Source of the DNA: Gemmatimonadota bacterium
GTDB taxonomy: Bacteria; Gemmatimonadota; Gemmatimonadetes; Longimicrobiales; Gaopeijiaceae
Length of the DNA: 16,827 nt
Direction: 5' to 3'
Assembly: GCA_039589315.1 (NCBI GenBank)
Contig: JBDHHQ010000087.1
Span: forward strand, 1-16,827
How positions within the stretch are numbered: the first letter of the stretch is position 1; each line of letters begins with the position of its first letter. Under the pieces are notes generated by a model, which did no database searches, had not been told where the DNA came from, and saw only the letters and a list, made by a program, of their open reading frames with translations. The position numbers were made by a program, and so were the translations under genes. Positions 12,997 through 16,827 of the stretch are shown here, piece by piece.

Positions 12997-15668
12997 TCTC
13001 GCGACTGCTCGAGGCCCTTCTGACGCTGGCAGCCGATGACTTCCGGTCGCGCTACGGCGCCGAGGTCATTCAGGTGCACCAGGAGCGAGCGGCGGTGCAG
13101 CGCGGGCCGATTCAATGGCTGCTCTTCGGCGGACGGGAGCTGGTGGGGATCGTGTGGTTGGTGGTCCGGAGCCGTCTGGGCCAACGGCACCGTGGTGTGG
13201 GTGGGACGACGACCCGGGGGAGGGGTGGATCCATGGTGGACACCATCGGGCAGGACCTGCGCTTCGCGTTTCGCACGTTGACGAGGAACCCGGCCTTCGC
13301 GGCCACCGCCGTGGCGGTCCTGGCCCTGGGCATCGGGGCGAACACCGCCATCTTCAGCGCCGTCAACGCTTTCTTCTTCCGGCCGTTGCCGTTCGCCGAT
13401 CCCGACCGGCTGGTCATGCTGTACGAGACCAATCCGGAGTTCGGCTGGCAGCATGCGGGCGGGGCACCCGCCAACGTGCTCGACTGGCGCGAGCAGGTGG
13501 ACGCGTTCCAGGACGTGGCGATGTATACCGAGCACGTGGGCAGCTTCACCCACGTGCGCGAAGGAGAGCCCGAGCTCCTGGGCGTCACCAACGTCTCGGG
13601 CAACTTCTTCTCGGTGCTCGGCGTTCCGGCCGCCCTGGGTCGCGCCTTCGAGTGGGACGAGACGTGGGAGGGCAACGACGGAGTCATTATCCTGAGCCAC
13701 GCCCTGTGGGAGACTCACTTCGGCGCGGATCCTGGCGTGGTGGGCCGGACGGTAGAGCTCTCCGGCACCACGGTGGAGATCGTTGGCGTGATGCCCGATG
13801 GGTTCAGCTTCCCCAGCGACCAGACCCAGATGTGGTCCCCATGGGGATGGGCGACGGACGCGCGCGACCAGGTGTGGTTCCGTAGGGCACATTGGGTCCG
13901 CCCCGTCGCGCGTCTGGCTCCAGGCGTGTCGCCGACCGAGGCCGACGGCCAGCTCCAGGTGGTGGTCCACCGGCTCCAGACCGAGTATCCCGAGACCAAC
14001 CGGGTCATGGGGGCGGGCCTCATGCCGTTGCGGTCCTTCCTGGTCCGCGAGGTACGGATGCCGCTCATGGTGCTCCTGGGCGCGGTGAGCCTGCTCCTGC
14101 TCCTCGCCTGCGCGAACGTGGCCAACCTCATGCTCGTGCGGGCGAGTGAGCGCAGCCGCGAGGTGGCGCTTCGGCATGCGCTGGGAGCGGGCCGGCGCCG
14201 CGTCGTGCGACAGTTCCTCACCGAGAGCCTGGTCATGGCGTTTCTGGGCGGCACCCTCGGCCTCGGCTTGGGTTGGGCCGGCGTCCGGGCCATGGAGCGT
14301 CTCACCGCTCTCGGCATCGACGGCGCGACGGCCATCGCCCTGGACGCTCGCGTGGTCCTGTTCACCCTGGCCGTCGCGCTCTTCAGCGGCGTCGTCTTCG
14401 GGCTCGCGCCCGCGTTGAACAGCACCGGCTCCCGCCTGGGCGAGGCCTTGAAGGACGGAGGGCGAGGCGGGACGGCCGGCCGTCAGGGCCTCAGGACGGT
14501 CAACCTCCTGGTCGCCACGGAGGTGGCACTGGCGCTGCTGTTGGTGGTGGGCGCGGGCCTCATGGTGCGGAGCTTCTGGCTTCTGCGGGACGTCGATCCC
14601 GGCTTCCAGGTCGAGGGCACGCTGGCCGTCCAGCTCACCGTGCCCTCTACACGCTACGCCGAGCGCGACCAGGTGCTGGCGTTCTACGATCAGCTGACCG
14701 AGGCCCTCGAGGGTCGACCCGGGATCGAACGGGCCGGGACGGTCGGCCACCTGCCGCTCGCCGGGCAGAGCTGGTCCAGCCAGTTCCAGGCCGAGGGGTG
14801 GCCTCCCGACCGGGTCGGTTTCGAGATCGTCCACCGAAGGGCGGACCCCGGTTACTTCGAAGCGCTGGGGATCCCGCTGGTACGGGGCCGCATGTTCGAC
14901 TCCAGCGACGGTCCGGAGGCTCCCCTCGTCGTGGTCGTCAACGAGACCTTCGCCCGCGAGCACTTCCCGGGAGAGGATCCTTTGGGTCAGAAGATCGCGT
15001 ACGACCGGGCCGCAACGGCCGAGTCCACGTGGTACGAGATCGTGGGCATCGTCGGCGACCAGCACCAGAACAGCCCCGGTCAACCCGTGGTCGCCGAGGT
15101 GTTCGAGAACCGCGACCAGGACTGGGGGCGCTTCAGCTGGATCGTCATGCGTACGAGCATGGAGCCCATGAGCGTTGTGCCCGTATTCCGGTCCGTGCTC
15201 CGCGAGATGGATCCGCTGATTCCCGTCGCCAGCGTGCGGCCCCTCGAGGAGGTGTGGCGGACGTCCATGGCTCGCGAGGAGTTCATCTTGACGCTGCTGG
15301 GCGTTTTCGGTGCGGTGGCGCTCGTTCTGGCGGCGGTGGGCGTCTACGGTGTCACTGCCCAGGCGGCCCGAAAGCGTACCCAGGAGATCGGGATCCGCAT
15401 GGCCCTCGGGGCCGCGGCGCCCGACGTGCTTTCGATGCTGCTCCGGCAGGCGCTCCGAGTGGTGGGGCTCGGATTGGCCGTGGGACTGGTCGCGACGCTC
15501 CTGACCACCCGGGTGCTCACGACCCTCCTCTTCGGCGTGGCACCTACCGACCCGGGCACGCTGGCCGCGGTCGTGGTGCTGCTCGGGGGCGTGGCGCTCC
15601 TGGCCTGCTACGTGCCGGCGCTACGAGCCACACGGGTGGACCCGGTCAGGTCGCTCCGGGCCGAATAG
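12993..15668 (+). CDS. ADOP-type duplicated MacB/FtsX ABC permease with N-terminal prefix domain, 891 aa
   Basis: QDLRFAFRTL..NP.F, LALGIGANTAIFS, LACANVANL..R...R.RE.A.R.ALGA, second half GVYGV....RTQEIGIRMALGA and C-terminal PALRATRVDPVRSLRAE. GGAGG SD and GTGA overlap with padR. Confidence 0.94.
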   Translation: MISRLLEALLTLAADDFRSRYGAEVIQVHQERAAVQRGPIQWLLFGGRELVGIVWLVVRSRLGQRHRGVGGTTTRGRGGSMVDTIGQDLRFAFRTLTRNPAFAATAVAVLALGIGANTAIFSAVNAFFFRPLPFADPDRLVMLYETNPEFGWQHAGGAPANVLDWREQVDAFQDVAMYTEHVGSFTHVREGEPELLGVTNVSGNFFSVLGVPAALGRAFEWDETWEGNDGVIILSHALWETHFGADPGVVGRTVELSGTTVEIVGVMPDGFSFPSDQTQMWSPWGWATDARDQVWFRRAHWVRPVARLAPGVSPTEADGQLQVVVHRLQTEYPETNRVMGAGLMPLRSFLVREVRMPLMVLLGAVSLLLLLACANVANLMLVRASERSREVALRHALGAGRRRVVRQFLTESLVMAFLGGTLGLGLGWAGVRAMERLTALGIDGATAIALDARVVLFTLAVALFSGVVFGLAPALNSTGSRLGEALKDGGRGGTAGRQGLRTVNLLVATEVALALLLVVGAGLMVRSFWLLRDVDPGFQVEGTLAVQLTVPSTRYAERDQVLAFYDQLTEALEGRPGIERAGTVGHLPLAGQSWSSQFQAEGWPPDRVGFEIVHRRADPGYFEALGIPLVRGRMFDSSDGPEAPLVVVVNETFAREHFPGEDPLGQKIAYDRAATAESTWYEIVGIVGDQHQNSPGQPVVAEVFENRDQDWGRFSWIVMRTSMEPMSVVPVFRSVLREMDPLIPVASVRPLEEVWRTSMAREEFILTLLGVFGAVALVLAAVGVYGVTAQAARKRTQEIGIRMALGAAAPDVLSMLLRQALRVVGLGLAVGLVATLLTTRVLTTLLFGVAPTDPGTLAAVVVLLGGVALLACYVPALRATRVDPVRSLRAE

Positions 15669-15674
15669 CGGACG

Positions 15675-16337
15675 TCAGCCGGCCAGGGCCCGTAGCGTCT
15701 CCTTCCAGTCGTCCGCCAGGACCGGGTGCCTCAGCGCCCGCTGCAAGAGCGACGGGTCTCGCTCCTGGCCCGTCCTGAGGGAGAAGACGTCAGCGATGGT
15801 CAGGCCGTTTTCGTGAGCCGAGACCAGCTCGAGTGCGTCTCCGGCCTGGAGCGCGCCCTCGGTGTGGACGGCGAAGTAGATTCCGCTGCGCCCGCTCCGC
15901 GTGAACAGCCTCTGCATGTTGGTCCGCCCGAAGCGTGCCGCCAGCTTCGAGCACGGCATGCGAGGCTCGGTGGCCATCAGCTCGACGGTGCCGATCCTGA
16001 ACACGTCGCCCACCCGGACCCGGTCCTCCAGGATCCCTGTCGTGGTCAGGTTCTCACCGAACGCTCCCCAGTCCAGCTCGTCCAGCCCCAGCTCCGACAT
16101 CCACCAGCCGTAGTGCTCCGAGGGATACGCATACACGGCCTTGGTGGGCCCGCCGTGGACGGTGGGGTCTGCCTGCAGGTCACCCACGACCTGGTGCTGC
16201 ACGACGTCGACCGGACCTTCCACCGCGGTCTTGAAGATGCCCGTGGTGAGCGTTCTGCCCTGCCACTCGATCTCCCGCGGCGAACCGGCCACGTTCACCT
16301 GGAGGACGGCGGGGCCCTGCCTGGCGCTTGCAGTCAT
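15675..16337 (-). CDS. yiiM: MOSC domain protein with C-terminal 3-alpha domain (YiiM-like), 220 aa
   Basis: TGIFK, GDLQAD..VHGGPTKAVYAY, GAFGENL, PRMPCSKL (Moco-ligating Cys), RSGIYF..EG.LQAGD and LADDWK. The symbol denotes family-level orthology only. Confidence 0.9.
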   Translation of the reverse strand: MTASARQGPAVLQVNVAGSPREIEWQGRTLTTGIFKTAVEGPVDVVQHQVVGDLQADPTVHGGPTKAVYAYPSEHYGWWMSELGLDELDWGAFGENLTTTGILEDRVRVGDVFRIGTVELMATEPRMPCSKLAARFGRTNMQRLFTRSGRSGIYFAVHTEGALQAGDALELVSAHENGLTIADVFSLRTGQERDPSLLQRALRHPVLADDWKETLRALAG

Positions 16338-16568
16338 ACCGGGGGCAACCCCGGGGGACCGGCTGGGTTCCTAGCGATGGTCGCCGACCGTTCGGTCGTA
16401 GTTGCGTTGCGGTCCGTCGACCGATCCCGTCTCAGCCGGCCCACGCCCGTCTCGGCTCGGCCACGGGCCCTGACGCCGGCCTTTGGGACCTGTCCACGCT
16501 CGCCGTAGCGCTGGCCAGGCCACCGCGCCTCATGTCCGGGTCGGGCCCCGGCACCGAGCACGGCCCCC

Positions 16569-16826
16569 TCAGTCCGCCCTGAGCGCTCGGCTCGGATCCA
16601 CCCCCGCGGCGCGCCGGGCCGGAAGCCAGCTCGCCAGCACGGCAACGCCCACCAGGGCGATGGCCACGCCGCCGTAGGTCACCGGATCGGTGGCGCTGAC
16701 GCCGTACAGCAGCGAGCCCATGAACGAGCTGAGCAGCCCTGCCGCCACGAGGCCGACGGCGACCCCCCCAGCCGCCAGCAGCAGCCCTTGGCGCACCACC
16801 ATCCCCTGCACCAGCGATCCGGACGC
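16569..16826 (-). CDS. C-terminal end of a second ADOP/FtsX-type ABC permease (begins beyond the right edge)
   Basis: The frame is open to the window edge: ASGSLVQGMVVRQGLLL...LLYGVSATDPVTY...ASWLPARRAAGVDPSRALRAD, the same C-terminal signature as 12993..15668. Confidence 0.9.
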   Translation of the reverse strand, partial: ASGSLVQGMVVRQGLLLAAGGVAVGLVAAGLLSSFMGSLLYGVSATDPVTYGGVAIALVGVAVLASWLPARRAAGVDPSRALRAD

Positions 16827-16827
16827 C

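Noticed and set aside
12885..15083. 732-aa minus-strand ORF and the 501-aa alternative-frame ORF 14273..15778
   Set aside because: Antisense or off-frame shadows of the ADOP permease, with the composition typical of GC-rich non-coding frames.
171..16568. Bridge spacers as copies of a MITE/REP-like element with RTGA target duplication
   Set aside because: I see no shared internal sequence or terminal inverted repeats among the spacers, and the flanking 4-mers differ in some cases (GTGA/ATGA, TTGA/ATGA). A genome-wide BLASTN would be needed to exclude this fully.

Overview
High-GC bacterial window with no RNA genes, CRISPR array or mobile element that I can support. The gene content (PadR plus ADOP-type permeases, a VPS10/BNR-repeat secreted protein) suggests Gemmatimonadota or Acidobacteriota, which is inference only. 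Left half: a minus-strand operon encodes a three-subunit molybdenum hydroxylase (order S-L-M), an NCS1 nucleobase/hydantoin-type symporter, a cyclase-family (KynB/isatin hydrolase-like) metal hydrolase and an amidase-signature enzyme that runs off the edge. A xanthine/urate-type NCS2 permease is transcribed divergently. Together these look like an uncharacterised N-heterocycle/nucleobase catabolic pathway. Right half: a beta-barrel OMP, a 1013-aa BNR-repeat protein and RidA (minus); PadR and an ADOP permease (plus) behind an AT-rich repeated operator; a YiiM-like MOSC protein and the 3' end of a second ADOP permease (minus). The most unusual signal is architectural. Four co-directional gaps of 97-157 nt are each spanned exactly by a short unannotated ORF whose start overlaps the upstream stop (NTGA) and whose stop overlaps the downstream start (RTGA). 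Two further gaps show looser versions. This suggests translational-coupling 'bridge' peptides or non-polar scars of deleted genes.
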